A stretch of 64,000 nucleotides of DNA, from positions 515,104 through 579,103 of the forward strand of contig NMRA01000210.1 in the NCBI GenBank assembly GCA_002633005.1, written 5' to 3'. This stretch comes from Phoronis australis. Its lineage: Eukaryota > Animalia > Phoronida. The translations under genes and the position numbers were made by a program. The notes below the pieces were generated by a model that worked only from the letters and a program-made list of their open reading frames with translations, searched no databases and was not told the origin of the DNA. Below are positions 63,325 to 64,000 of this stretch, piece by piece; the first letter of the stretch is position 1; every line of letters starts with the position of its first letter.

Positions 63325-64000
63325 GAGTAGCTGTGTTTTAACTGGTGAGTACTTCTGGAGGCCTACTGAACGTGAACCTGCACTGGCTGTAGGCAATGAC
63401 CATCGCCTCTGTTGGCCCGAACCAGAGGCGATGTAGAGGCTATAGGCGCTCTGTACGCCGGAAGCTTTTCGGCGAATTATGCCTTGCACCGACTAAACCA
63501 TCAAAGCCATGTTGTTATAAATACCTTTTGCGCATAGAGGAACACCTTAAGAGGTTGTCGATGTGTTTAAGTTCTTCCAACTCGAACAAATACTCCCGTT
63601 ATGAAACTTTTTCTTCGAGCAGTCCCTATTTCAGTTCCCAAAATTGTGAAATCAAAATTTTTGTACTGCGCACGCTCCAACTTTTACCGCGCTCGCTAGG
63701 TGATGTGACTTCATAACCTCAATAATTTTTAAATAGGCCAAAGGTGAGCCATTGCGGTCTTGTCAGTCAAATGTTCGTTTCCAAAATGCCCACTTATACT
63801 TGTCTTTAATTGGCGTTAATTGAAACTGTTTGTATTTCAATGAATTATTGTTTGTATTTGATAAAAATAAATGCTGTTGATATGACATTTAAAAGTCTTT
63901 GTGCACATATTTGACATTTTAATGTTTAACAACACGGCAAATGCACGGCTGGTTCCCGGCAGCACGTACGCAAAGGGCGGGAACTTCAGCTTTCAAAGTT

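Overview
AT-rich genomic DNA from an intron-rich animal (probably an invertebrate; the species cannot be determined) in a heterozygous draft assembly with N gaps and haplotype duplications. I reconstructed three spliced genes by hand: (1) the 3' part of a GRK2/3 (beta-ARK) kinase on + (8 coding exons, 807-9976; last exon repeated across an N); (2) a complete ERK1/2 MAP kinase on + (9 coding exons, 19181-45022, 363 aa, TEY motif) with two U12-type introns and a probable GC-AG intron 1 nt after the stop; (3) a convergent PAGR1/PA1 gene on - (4 coding exons, 62260-56385, 156 aa). Introns and UTRs hold many MITEs, SINEs, a LINE 3' end and minisatellites. The most striking signal is a Helentron/HINE-like non-autonomous element whose ~150-bp internal tandem repeat carries a CTCF-like motif in nearly every monomer, all co-oriented; it also appears to be insertionally polymorphic. 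Most ORFs in the supplied track are spurious.
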